From the NCBI RefSeq assembly GCF_004010195.1, contig NC_057753.1:10315823-10349887 (forward strand): a stretch of 34,065 bases of DNA, in the 5' to 3' direction. How positions within the stretch are numbered: the first letter of the stretch is position 1; the number at the start of each line of letters is the position of its first letter. The notes beneath the pieces were generated by a model that saw nothing but the letters and a program-made list of their open reading frames with translations, searched no databases and had not been told where the DNA came from. Below are positions 9,061 through 19,699 of the stretch, piece after piece. Made by a program: the position numbers and the translations under genes. The DNA comes from Chiloscyllium plagiosum. Taxonomy: Eukaryota.

Positions 9061-10832
9061 ACATCGAGGGAAGTTATTTTGATTGAACAGGGAAATAAGA
9101 AAGGGATGATCACCTGACAGGGATTGTAATAGACCCCCTAAGTGTCAGCAAGAAATCGAGAAACAAATTTGTCAGGAGGTTTCAGTTTTCTGTGAGAATA
9201 ATAGGATGGTTACGGTAGAGAATTTTAACTTTCCAAACATAGATTGGGACTGCCATACTGCTCAGGGTTTAGAAGGAGAGGAATCTTTTCTGATTTGGTA
9301 CGTGGATATTGCTACTAGAGAAGGCGCAAAACTTGACCTACTTTTGGGAAATAAGTCAGGGCAGGTGACTGAGGTGCCAGTGGGGAAGCAGTGTGGGGCC
9401 AGCGACGATAATTCTATTGGTTTTAAAATAGTGATGGAAAAGGTTAGACCGGATCTAAAAACTGAAGTTCTAAATTGGAGGAAGGCTAATTTTGATGGTA
9501 TCAGGCAAGAACTTTCAAAAGCTAATTGGGGGCAGATATTCGCAGGTAAAGGAATAGTTGGAAAATAGGAAGCCTTCAAAAGTTAGATCGTGAGAGTCCA
9601 GAGCCAGTATATTCCTGTCAAGGTAAAAGAAAACGCTGGGCAGGTGTAGGGCATACTGGAGGAGTACAGAAATTAACGTTTTGGTTAACGAATAAAAGGA
9701 AGCACATGACAAGTATAGACAGGAGAAATGAAATTAATCCTTAGAGTATACTTAAGGAGGAGTATACTTAAGAGGGAAATCAGGAGGACGAAAAGAGGAC
9801 ATGAGATAGCTTTGGCAAATAGGGTTTTGGAGAATCCAAAGGGTTTTTTATATAAATACATTAAGGACAAAAGGATAACTAGGGAGAGAATAGGGCCCGA
9901 AAAATGTGTTGCTGGAAAAGCGCAGCAGGTCAGGCAACATCCAAGGAGTAGGAGAATCGACGTTTCGAGCATAAGCCCTTTTTATGCCCGAAACGTCGAT
10001 TCTCCTGCTCCTTGGATGCTGCCTGACCTGCTGCGCTTTTCCAGCAACANNNNNNNNNNNNNNNNNNNNNNNNNNNNNNNNNNNNNNNNNNNNNNNNNNN
10101 NNNNNNNNNNNNNNNNNNNNNNNNNNNNNNNNNNNNNNNNNNNNNNNNNNNNNNNNNNNNNNNNNNNNNNNNNNNNNNNNNNNNNNNNNNNNNNNNNNNN
10201 NNNNNNNNNNNNNNNNNNNNNNNNNNNNNNNNNNNNNNNNNNNNNNNNNNNNNNNNNNNNNNNNNNNNNNNNNNNNNNNNNNNNNNNNNNNNNNNNNNNN
10301 NNNNNNNNNNNNNNNNNNNNNNNNNNNNNNNNNNNNNNNNNNNNNNNNNNNNNNNNNNNNNNNNNNNNNNNNNNNNNNNNNNNNNGTTTTTACAAATACA
10401 TTAAGGACAAAAGAGTAACTAGGGAGAGAATAGGGCCCCTCAAAGATCTGCAAGGCTAAGTGTGGAGCTGCAGGAGGTGGAGGAGAAATTAAACAAGTAT
10501 TTTGCATCAGTGTTTACTGTGGAGAAGGACATGGAAGATATAGAATGTTGGTAAGTCCAGAACTAGACAGCATTGGTTCAGGGTGAGAGGGGAAAGTTGA
10601 AAAGAGACCTAAGGGGCAACGTTTTTCATGCAGAGGGTGGTGTGTGTAAGAAATGAGCTGCCAGAGGAAGTGGTGGAGGCTGGTACAATTGCAGCATATA
10701 AAAGGTACCTGGATGAATAGGAAGGGTTTAGCAGGATATGTGCCAAATGTGACTAGATTAGGTTAGGATATCTGGTTGGCATGGAGAGTTGGACCAAGTC
10801 TATTTCCATGCTGAACATTTCTATGACTCTAT
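9060..10832 (+). mobile_element. CR1 LINE (endonuclease-to-linker part plus 3' end), interrupted by a Penelope hairpin and a gap
   Basis: ORF 9206-9568 NFNFPNIDW...TREGAKLDLLLGN...SDDNSI..LNWRKANFDGIRQEL; NPKGFLYKYIKDKRITRERIGP; 3' tail TCTATGACTCTATG. Confidence 0.88.
9899..10049. mobile_element. Penelope-derived fold-back (68-bp inverted repeat)
   Basis: Arms 9907-9974 and 9982-10049 are reverse complements with 3 mismatches around a 7-nt loop. Confidence 0.85.
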
Positions 10833-11107
10833 GTCCACACCAACCCTCCGAAGGAGTAATCCACCCACACCCTTTCCCTAACTCTATTTCTCCACATTTA
10901 CCCCAACTAATGCACCTAACCTGCACACTGTGGGGTAATTTAATCAGTTCACCCTAACCTGCGTATCTTTGGATTATGGGAGGAAACCCACGCAGACATG
11001 GGACAACGTGCAAACTTCACACAGACATTCGCCTGAGGATGGAATCAAACCTGTGTCTCTGGCACTGTGTGGTAGCAGTGCTAACCACCAAACCACCGTG
11101 CCACCCC
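10833..11107 (-). mobile_element. HE1-like SINE
   Basis: Reverse complement of the SINE head (GCAGTGCTAACCACC..CCACCGTGCCACCC) and core (TGCAAACTTCACACAGACA). Confidence 0.85.
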
Positions 11108-11314
11108 TGTATGCTGAAAGAGGTGTGCGGTGGAAACTTAATTGACTGTACTGCACGGTGTTGAGTAAGGTTAAATCTCATGGGGTCTGGGGAGAGCTGA
11201 CCAACTGGGTAGAAAATTTAGGAATGCATTGCTGCCCCTAGTCTTGAAATCTCTCAGCCAAGGGAAAAGACCCCTGCCATTCACCTTGTTGATACCCCCA
11301 TACTTTATCAATCT

Positions 11315-11432
11315 ATCTGGTGAAGAGTCATCTGGACTCAAAACGTTAGCTTGCTCTCTGCATGGATGCTGCTGACCCACTGTGATCTCCAGCATTTGTT
11401 GTTTTCGGGACAGATTCCAGCATCTACAACAA
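11315..11432 (+). mobile_element. Penelope-derived terminal fragment with degenerate hammerhead core
   Basis: CTGGTGA-A-GAGTC-ATCTG-GACTC-AAAAC followed by GATGCTGCTGACC...TCCAGCATCT. Confidence 0.6.
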
Positions 11433-11453
11433 CACACTCCTAAATGTTCACTG

Positions 11454-11766
11454 CTCAGGGGTTAGCACTACTGCCTCACAGCACCAGGAACCTGGGCTCA
11501 ATTCCACCCTCCAGGCGACTGTCTGTGTTAAGTTTGCACATTCTCCCCGTGACTATGTGGGTTTCCTCCCACAGTCCAAAGATGTGCAGGTTAGGGTGAA
11601 TTGGCCATGCTAAATTGCACCATAATGTTCAGGGATGTGTAGGTTAGGTGCATTAGTCAGGTAAAAATAGATTAATAGGGGTAGGGGAATGATCTGAGTG
11701 TGTCACTCTTTGAAGGGTCGGTGTGGATGGGCTGAATGGCCGTTTCCACACTTTAGGGACTCTGTA
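11454..11766 (+). mobile_element. HE1-like SINE
   Basis: GCTCAGGGGTTAGCACTACTGCCTCACAG...TTTGCACATTCTCCCC...TTTCCACACTTTAGGGACTCT. Confidence 0.85.
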
Positions 11767-11916
11767 TGGCATCCCCCCAGCTCTTTGCATTTCCCATAGA
11801 GGCGGCGGGGAGGGGAGGAATAAAGTGTTTTACACGGGAGGAAGGTTGAGTGAGTGAGAAGCTAAATTGCTTCGCTTGAGCTCAAGCTGAGTGACTTGGT
11901 GGGGAGACTGGAAAAG

Positions 11917-12151
11917 GATGGTACGGTGGCTCAGAGGTTGGCACTGCAGCCTTAGTGCCAGGGACCCGGGTTGATTCCAGCCTCGGGGCGACTGTCTGTG
12001 TGGATATTGTACATTCTCCCCAGTGGTACCTGGGTAGGTTTCCTCCGGCACACCGATGTGTGGGTTAGATGCATTGGGGTAGGGGACTGTGTTTGGGTGG
12101 GTCATCCTTCGGAGGGTCGGTGTGATTTCGATACACTGTAGGGATTCTATG
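11917..12151 (+). mobile_element. HE1-like SINE (internally deleted)
   Basis: GGTACGGTGGCTCAGAGGTTGGCACTGC...ACACTGTAGGGATTCTAT. Confidence 0.82.
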
Positions 12152-12194
12152 AAAAGAACGGATTGTTGCAAATTCCGCTGACATCTGGTCTGAA

Positions 12195-12378
12195 GCAGGG
12201 CAGCGCAGGCGCAGTGCGAGTGCCCGCCGTCGGCCAAGTCCGCCCCTGATTGTGATGTCACAATGGGGAAATGGCCCTGTCGGTTTGCGAGAAACTGGGC
12301 AATGGGGGGGCGGGTGAAATGTGGTCACTTGTAACAACTGGAGTGGATCCAGGGAGGGAGCAGACTCTGCAAACTCAG
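12195..12378 (+). promoter_or_regulatory. Promoter and non-coding first exon of the + strand ZNF gene
   Basis: NRF1-like GCGCAGGCGCA, GC box CCGCCC, near-palindrome TTGTGATGTCACAA, donor CAG|GTATGT at 12378/12379. Acceptor candidates at 12880/12881 and 13045/13046. Confidence 0.6.
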
Positions 12379-12580
12379 GTATGTGTCTTAGTTACCCGGG
12401 TGAGGGGGAACGGAAGCACTGAGATTGGGAAGGGGGAGGGGTTTTCCGTTTGTATTTTTAAAATGCACCGATTCCCTCAAATAAATTGCAGTTTCAAACC
12501 GGCTGCAACGCTTTTGCATCCTCATTCTTCCTCCGCCTTGGCTCTAGGACACTCGGCTTCCTTCCTCCCCCCGGCCCGAG

Positions 12581-12654
12581 GTGAGGCGGGAATTGAACCC
12601 GGGTCTCTGGCGCTGTGAGGCAGCAATGCTAACCACTGTGCCACCGTGCCGCCC
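12581..12654 (-). mobile_element. HE1-like SINE head fragment
   Basis: GGAATTGAACCCGGGTCTCTGGCGCTGTGAGGCAGCAATGCTAACCACTGTGCCACCGTGCCGCCC. Confidence 0.85.
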
Positions 12655-13426
12655 ATTTTGCTCCCCCCATTCCCTGGGACGTAAACCATTTCATGTCTGG
12701 TTGCTTCTCAAGAAGCTGTATTGGACATTCATCCTGAATTGGCAAGCTTTGCTTTCTTCCCAAAATCAGACCTGCTTAGTCTCATAAATATCCCAATGTT
12801 GTGAAAGGTGTTAGCTTTCAAATATGGTTATCCAAAATTTAAAGATGTTTTGACATTTTTACTTTCTCTGCTTCTATAAGATCCTGAATCAGCACCTTCA
12901 GGAGAATTAGTTAGAGCGGAGTGAGAACAGAGGGAGAGAGAGTTTTGTGGAATAACAAAAAAAGTGTTCCGCAGAATGTAGAGTTGGTTGTTCTGAATTT
13001 CCACCCTGGACTGACAGTGATAACTTTTGTAATCTCTTTTTACAGTATTTGAAGGTCTGAAGACAGAGTTTCAAAATGAACAGATTATGCCTGAAAAGTT
13101 GACTCTCCTGCTCCTCGAATGCTGCCTGACTTGCTGTGTTTCTCCAGCACCGCACTTTCCAGCGTCTGCTGACCTCACTTTCACGTCAATGTCTGACAGT
13201 CACTCAATCCATTGGGACCGCAACAATTTTCAACTGATTCTGTGAGAAGGAGCAAAGCTTTTTGGTTCCTGTTTCAGTACGTTTTCAGTATCAGTGGGAC
13301 TGGATAAGAGACCCTCCTGTCGCAGAGCACTGAGTGTGGAGCCTGAAACAGTTATACGACCTGGAAAGAGGAACTGACCGCAGGGAGGGCCTGTACACAC
13401 ATTTGTGTGCGGCTGAAGCTTCAGCC

Positions 13427-14602
13427 ATGGAGAACCCTGAGGAATCCCGTCCTGTGGAGAAACCGTGGAAATGTGGCGACTGTGGGAAAGGCTTCCGTGT
13501 CCCATCTGCCCTGGAGACCCATCGACGCAGTCACACCGGGGAGAGGCCATTTTCCTGTTCCGAGTGCGGGAAGGGATTTGTTCAGGCCTCCCACCTGCTG
13601 GCCCACCAGCGGGTGCACACTGGTGACTGGAGGTCCACCTGCCCTGTGTGCGGAAAGGGCTTTACCCAGGCCTCCCACCTGCTGGCCCACCAGCGAGTCC
13701 ACACTGGGGAGAAGCCATTCACCTGCTCCGTGTGCGGCAAGGGCTTCGCCCATTCCTCCCATCTTGTGGCCCATCGGCGGGTCCACACAGGGGAGAGGCC
13801 ATTCTCCTGCTCAGTGTGCGGGAAGGGCTTCAGCCAGGCCTCCCACCTCCAGACACACCGGCGGGTCCACACGGGAGAGAGGCCGTTCTCCTGCCCTGAG
13901 TGTGGGAGGGGCTTTGCTCTCTCCTCCCACCTGCTGATCCACCGACGGCTCCACACGGGAGAGAGGCCGTTCGCCTGCCCCGACTGCGGGAAGGCCTTCT
14001 GTGATCCATCAGCCCTGCGCACCCACCGGCGTGTCCACACGAGGGAGAGGCCGTTCTCCTGCCCCGACTGCGGGAAGGCCTTCAGCCAGTCGTCCACCCT
14101 GCTAATCCATCGGCGGGTCCACACCCGGGAGATGCCCTACAGCTGCCCCGAGTGCGGGAAGCGGTTCACCCAGGCCTCCAACCTGGTAGCTCATTGGCGG
14201 GTCCATACCGGGGAGAGGCCCTTCAGCTGCCCTGAGTGTGGGAAGGCCTTCAGTGATTCCTCCGCCCTGCTGAGGCACCAGCGGGTCCACACCGGGGAGA
14301 GACCCTTCAGCTGTCCTGAGTGTGGCAAGGGCTTCACCCGCTCCTACCACCTGGTGGCCCACCAGCGGGGGCACATCGGCGTGAGGCAGTTCATCTGCTC
14401 CAAGTGTGGGAAGGACTTTGTCGACTCATCCGACCTGCTTAGGCACCGGCGAGTGCACACCAGGGAGAGGCCATTTGCCTGCCCAGAGTGTGGACGGAGG
14501 TTCACGTTGTCCTGCAACTTGCGGAGACACCAGCGGGGGCACCAGAGCTCCCAACAATTGGATTCCACTGGCGAAGCTGCTGTGGGTCACCCCCAGGACT
14601 GA
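13427..14602 (+). CDS. C2H2 (Krueppel-type) zinc-finger protein, 391 aa, 13 tandem fingers, no KRAB/SCAN/BTB domain
   Basis: Uninterrupted ORF; ATG in Kozak context GCCATGG at 13427; 13 C-X2-C-X12-H-X3-H fingers, mostly with TGE[RK]P linkers; GC-rich codon usage. Confidence 0.93.
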   Translation: MENPEESRPVEKPWKCGDCGKGFRVPSALETHRRSHTGERPFSCSECGKGFVQASHLLAHQRVHTGDWRSTCPVCGKGFTQASHLLAHQRVHTGEKPFTCSVCGKGFAHSSHLVAHRRVHTGERPFSCSVCGKGFSQASHLQTHRRVHTGERPFSCPECGRGFALSSHLLIHRRLHTGERPFACPDCGKAFCDPSALRTHRRVHTRERPFSCPDCGKAFSQSSTLLIHRRVHTREMPYSCPECGKRFTQASNLVAHWRVHTGERPFSCPECGKAFSDSSALLRHQRVHTGERPFSCPECGKGFTRSYHLVAHQRGHIGVRQFICSKCGKDFVDSSDLLRHRRVHTRERPFACPECGRRFTLSCNLRRHQRGHQSSQQLDSTGEAAVGHPQD

Positions 14603-15729
14603 ACCCCTGCCTACTCTATCAGTGGGTGCAGTGGGAGAGTTGCTGGGCTTTTTTTTTTGTTTTCTCCTGGACTGTCCTGTCTTTCCCTCCCACCCCCAAC
14701 TTTGCTTCCAGTAGCTGCTGCTGCTTGTTGAGACCAGGAGCTACTCACTTTCGTTTCTTCTGTCCAATGAAAGAATTGCTGGATCTTTCTGGGAATGAGT
14801 TGCACTCTGTAAGAAATAGCTGAGTATTTCATTCAGCAAGTGACTTTGAAATTAGGTTATGTGCCTAGGAGCATCTCATCATTCCAAGGATTCCATGAAA
14901 GGTTGGCAATCATTGTTGGAAATTGTTTGGTTGAATTGGTAATTTTTTTTCAATTTAACCCTTTTGCCCTAGTAAAGTTGCAGTATTTATAATTGTTGGT
15001 TTTTGTTTAAATTATAATTTCGGTGTGCAAGATCTGTTCTTCTTCAAGTTTGGTTAGGAACAGTTGAGAAATTCTGAGCTACGTTGCATATTTTAATTTC
15101 ACTGTGTTATGAATCCGGTGATAGTGACACTCAATTGTATTTTATTGCTTCCCCTTGGTTGTAATGCCTTCCACCCCAAGCACTCACTATGGTAGTGAGT
15201 TCCACAATCTCATCACACCGAGGTTTCTCATGAAATCCTCAGTACAGACTTGGAAGGGAAAATATTGACATGCGTAGAATATAGGGTGCTAACTGAAAAT
15301 GCCAGGAAGATGATCGACAAAGTAAAACCGTGACAATGTAGGGACAAATAAGGAACTTTGACAACAATGAGGAGGTCACAAGTCAGTGTTCAAGAGAACG
15401 GTCATGACAAAAAAATGTACTCAGTAGACATTGAATATTGTAATTAGGCAAGTGTCTAGGTGCAGTTGGTTGAATGTGGTAAGACAAATTAAATAATCAG
15501 AACCACTAATTGATTACTGACATCATAATTACATAAAACAAGAGCATACTGTGGATCGGTATATGTAAACTGCTCTTAAAATAACACAACAGTATATCAA
15601 ACTGATTGTATTTTATTAATTGGGGAGTTTGTTGCCATCTTGTGGAAATGGCCCTGCAGGCTTGAATAAAAGCAGTGTAAGAAAAGTGTTCACATGTCAT
15701 CTGGTCAGTTACAGGCTCCAGTTTGAATC

Positions 15730-16013
15730 CCTACAGCATGCAAGCAGGCCATTCAGCCCATCACGTTGACAATGACTATGCCACCCAGACCTACTCTGCT
15801 ACCCTATAGCTGTAATTCTGCATTTCTCATGGCCAATCTATCCTCACATCTTTTGGATTGTGCAAGGAAGCCGGAGCATCCAGAGGAAACTCACACAGAC
15901 AGAGGTGGAGAATGTGCAAACACCGCACAGACAGTCTGCCCGAGGGTGGAATTGAACCCAGGACCCTGATGCTATGAGCTAGCAGTGCTAACCACTGTGA
16001 CACCACCCCATGC
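15730..16013 (-). mobile_element. HE1-like SINE
   Basis: GAATCCCTACAG tail to GCAGTGCTAACCACTGTGACACCACCCC head, in reverse. Confidence 0.82.
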
Positions 16014-16994
16014 TGCTTTCTAAAGAAGTGAATTTCAAAGACTTGGGAACCCTGAAGAGAAAAACAAAACTTTCCTATCTTAAATGAGAAGCCATCTATG
16101 TTAACTGTGTCCACTCATTTCTAATCTCTGGCTGGAAATGAGTGGACATTACATTCGCATTAAGTCCTCTCCGCATGTTATACTTCCTCAGATCATCTGA
16201 TTCTTCTAAGCTCAAACTGATACAAGCCCAGCCCAACATCCCCTTGTCTCCGATTATAAGTTGAGTAAATCAGCGACACTTGACCTTACCAGCATGACAC
16301 AGGATGCCCTCAATCTAAGTTGATCTTTACCCTCTAACCTCTTGACCCCAGGCCACCGCATGGTCAGCTGCAACTCAGCCCTGAACGAGAGCAGAGGAAC
16401 TGACCAGACAGCAGTGAGGTGGACACTGCATCCCCAGAGAAACCGATTCAAATGAGAAAGTTTTCAGCTCACATTCAGATTGTTGCAGGGACAATGTCAT
16501 TTAAATGTCTTTGCGATCCCAATACAGTTCTGGTTCTGTTGTGCATTGTGTGTATTTTATCTACCTATGTTTCACTACATGATTTTCTGTTCGTCATTCC
16601 ATTAGGAGGTGTGAATTCAGTACCAGATACATCAGAAAATTCATGTCTGGTTGCAATATCATTTTAAAACATTGGAATGTGGCAACCATGTAGAAATATA
16701 ACAAGAGCAACAAATTGAGCAGGTAACAGGTAATGAGCAGGATGGTAATTTGGACCAGAATGCTGAGTCAGCCTGACCCATGGCTGAGAGAGTTCACCCA
16801 GATGTTGCAGTTACACCAGTGCAGTTTACTCTTGTGGCTTCCCCAAAAACTTGCCCCTGGTGTAAGATCACTCAATGACCTGAAAAGCAAACTGTTTTTA
16901 TCTCCATAGCCTGCTGCCAGACTTGCTGAGCAATTCCAGCCCTTCTGCTTTACCCTTTTATGGAATTTGAGCTTCCCTAAGTCAGTGTAATGAA

Positions 16995-17220
16995 GAACTG
17001 TGGCTGCTGGAGATCTGAAACACACAAAGGTAGAAATTGCTGGAGAAACACAATAGGACTGGCAACACGTGGGGAGAGAAACGGGGTCAGCATTTTGAGT
17101 GCTGTGACCCTTCACAACTGTTCTGTACTCAGGACAGGATATTGACTCTGTTTCTTTCTCTTGCTCTCTCCACCGGTGTTGCCAGACTGGCTGACTTTCT
17201 CCAGCAATTTCTGTTTTTTG
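16995..17220. repeat. Degenerate fold-back element (Penelope-derived/MITE-like)
   Basis: AGAAATTGCTGGAGAAA...CTGGCAACACGTGGGGAGAG (~17031-17078) is the imperfect reverse complement of CTCTCTCCACCGGTGTTGCCAG...TTTCTCCAGCAATTTCT (~17164-17212). Confidence 0.65.
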
Positions 17221-17239
17221 ACTCTTTCACAAGGTTGAT

Positions 17240-17530
17240 GTTTGTTACCCATCCCTAATTGCAAGGTGTCTTGCTTGTGCCAGTCAACCACATTGCGCTG
17301 GGTCTGGAGTCACATGTAAGCCAGACCAGGTAAGGATGGCAGTTTCTTTCCCTAAGGAACATTGGTGAACCATGTGGGCTTTTATGACAATTGACATCAG
17401 TGCCATTGACACCATACTGAGACTAACTTTGTGTTACACATTTACTAATTGAATTATGAAAATTTCATTACTTGTTGTAGTGGGATTTGAACTCGCGTGG
17501 ATTACTCATCCTGTGACACGACTGCACTGT
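17240..17530 (-). mobile_element. tRNA-headed SINE of a second family (LINE-type tail)
   Basis: GGGTCTGGAGTCACATGTAAGCCAGACCAGGTAAGGATGGCAG core and B-box GGGATTTGAAC. Paralog at 21680-21960. Confidence 0.7.
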
Positions 17531-17754
17531 TGTTTCCCGTCCTTTGCTATTTTATTTTTACATCTTTGTCCTCTGATGGTAAATGGCTTCCCTAAACCTG
17601 CCCCTTTGACCAAGTCTTTAGTCACCTGCCTAATCTGTGCTCCGGTCTTGTGATTTTTAAAGGAATTCTGATTATGTTCACGTGAAGCACTTTGAGATAG
17701 TGAACTGTACCACAGGTGATATTTGAATGGAGGTTGTATCACTATCTTAACATC

Positions 17755-18030
17755 TGGATCTAGGGAATCATAATCTAAAAGTATGGGACTGCACATTTAA
17801 GACAGAAATGAGGATGATTTCTTTTCTCTCTCTGAGGGTTGTGTGTTTTCAAAAGGCAGTGGATTCAGAATCTTTAAGGCAGAGTCGTTGGTTTTTGCGA
17901 ACCAAGCAGCTGAAAGGTTGTTGGGGATGTGTAGGAATGTAGAGCTGAGGTTCAAATCAGATCAGCATGACCTTATTGAGTGGTGGGGTAGGCTCGAAGG
18001 GCCGAGTGGCCTTCTCCTGTCGCTTGTCTG
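17755..18030 (+). mobile_element. CR1 LINE 3' fragment
   Basis: TTTAAGACAGAAATGAGG...TTTAAGGCAGAG...GCTCGAAGGGCCGAGTGGCCTTCTCCTG, the CR1 3' signature. Confidence 0.7.
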
Positions 18031-18299
18031 TCTGTATCAGGCAGTCTGTGTCTCCCCTCTTAGAGCTATGAACTGGGTCGTTCATATCCAATATTGCCCC
18101 TTGAATACCAGATGGTCTCCTATTGGGAGCAGGCACATTGTAACAATTGCTTCTTACTCAGTGTTGCTGAGAATCTTCTAAATTAAAAGAAACAGTTTCT
18201 GTTATTATTGCATCAATGGAAGTGTTGGTTTGGATAAAATATAGTTAAGTTAGCAGTTGCCATGTTTCCCAGACTTCCATGTTTAAAACCCTTGAATCT

Positions 18300-18850
18300 G
18301 TTTTCTGCCCCTGAAACAGTTCTTACCAAGGTCATGCTTGACATCCTTTAATGGTGGGGAGAAAGTGAGGTCTGCAGATGCTGGAGATCAGAGCTGGAAA
18401 TGTGTTGCTGGAAGAGCGCAGCAGGTCAGGCAGCATCCAGGGAACAGGAGAATCGACGTTTCGGGCATAAGCCCTTCTTCAGGAATCCTTTAGTGGTGAC
18501 AGGGTGAACATTCTCTTAATCGACATGCGGCCAGCCTTGATCATGGTTAATGACAATACCGACCCTCTCCAACATCACTCTACCCTCTGGGAGTGTCTGC
18601 TTTTAGCTGCTTCCATTCTTATTTTGCCAACCGTAGCTGCTGGCATCTATACTGATGATATCCAGCTGTGTCTGAACACCACTTCTCTCCCGACTCCTCT
18701 GTCATTCATAATTTACCAATAACTTCCAGCATTGGATGACCAAAACATTCCCCCAGTGAAATATTGTGAAGAGTGAAGCCATTGTTTCAGTCCCCAAGTT
18801 TGACCTGACGTGTAACAGTCTGAGCTGAAACTACTCGTTGACCACCTTCC
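18300..18850 (+). mobile_element. Old L2-clade LINE RT fragments, interrupted by a Penelope piece
   Basis: ETVLTKVMLDIL, ILLIDMRPAL..V and YTDDIQLCL resemble the L2 RT motifs ETALxKVxNDIL, LLDLSAAFDTV and YADDTQLY. Confidence 0.6.
18357..18484 (-). mobile_element. Short Penelope-derived insertion with intact minimal hammerhead core and 14-bp TSD
   Basis: TSD ATCCTTTAATGGTG 18343-18356 and ATCCTTTAGTGGTG 18485-18498. Minus strand CTGAAGA-A-GGGC-TTAT-GCCC-GAAACGTC at 18455-18482. Confidence 0.85.
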
Positions 18851-19149
18851 TGTGACATTTAAAACTAGGATTGATAGATTCGTGTTCGTTCGGGGGATCA
18901 ACGGTTACAGGGAAAGAGCAGGAAAGTGGATGTGGGGAATGTCAGATCAGCCACGATCCTACTGAATGGAGGAGCAGGCCCAATGGCCTTCTCCTGTTCC
19001 TATTTCTTATGGTTCCCGTGACCTTACCTCTGATCCAAGGCCCTGGCTTGAGTATGTGCCATTACTGAGAGTGCTGGTTTTCCCTTGTGCAATACCAACA
19101 GTGCAGCAGCTGCTGAAATCTCTTGCTCCTTTGTTAGCTCTATGTGTGA

Positions 19150-19622
19150 TTTTTACCTTTGAAAATCTGTCAGTCATAACCAGCATCTCCATACTGCGCA
19201 TGCTCCTCGGTGTCAGCAACCACTACGCATGCTCGCGGGTGTCAGTAAAACACTGCGCATGGCCCTATTACAAACGACAGCGTCCCAAGACCTTGTTTTG
19301 ATGGACCAATGGGACGCACTGGAGGACCGGATGGAGATTGGTCCTCCTGCCAATCGCAGCAAACCCATAGTCTGGATGCGGAAGTTGGACCATGAGCTTT
19401 TGAAGATGGCGTTGCCCCTCTCTCTGTCTAAATTCAGGTTGAGCTTCACCCCAGACTGCAATTATCTTCCTCTCTCCAACATCTGTGAGTACAGCACTCT
19501 CTTTTCTCAACCCCTTTTCCATTCCGGGGTTCGCTGTTGACTTGCAGGAACGGAAGGGAAACGGAGTGAATCCAGGGAGGGGTCGGACTCATGAAAGTTA
19601 GTCCAGGCCTGTGTCTCAATTG
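19150..19622 (+). promoter_or_regulatory. ZNF-associated promoter/first-exon cassette, copy A
   Basis: Three ACT[GA]CGCATG units (19193, 19222, 19252), CCAAT at 19306 and 19350, ETS-like CGGAAGT 19379-19385, donor CATCT|GTGAGT 19484/19485. Homologous to 27425-28140 (-) and 32560-32825 (+). Confidence 0.7.
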
Positions 19623-19699
19623 AAAAGCACAGGAGAATTGACATTTCGGGCAGGAGACTTTCAACAGGAATGATGTGTGGATGTACAAAAGGGCCTCAG

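Noticed and set aside
9728..10507. Long ORFs spanning N runs (also 27015-27527 and 30333-30948)
   Set aside because: Artefacts of assembly gaps.
13334..13426. Longer N-terminus from GTG at 13334 (and 22616 for the paralog)
   Set aside because: Non-ATG start. The two paralogs' upstream regions are homologous in DNA but read in different frames, so this is UTR or decayed finger sequence.
13407..14714. Overlapping alternative-frame and antisense ORFs over the ZNF genes (also 21993-22514)
   Set aside because: They are shadows of GC-rich, repetitive 84-bp finger codons, with no independent protein features.
14830..15170. Possible old LTR-like sequence after the ZNF 3' UTR
   Set aside because: No clear TG...CA termini, TSD or second copy could be identified by eye.
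19193..19265. CRISPR-like or satellite array (also the 27719-27990 repeat and finger repeats)
   Set aside because: Eukaryotic context with no unique spacers and no cas genes; explained as promoter motif repeats and tandem duplication.
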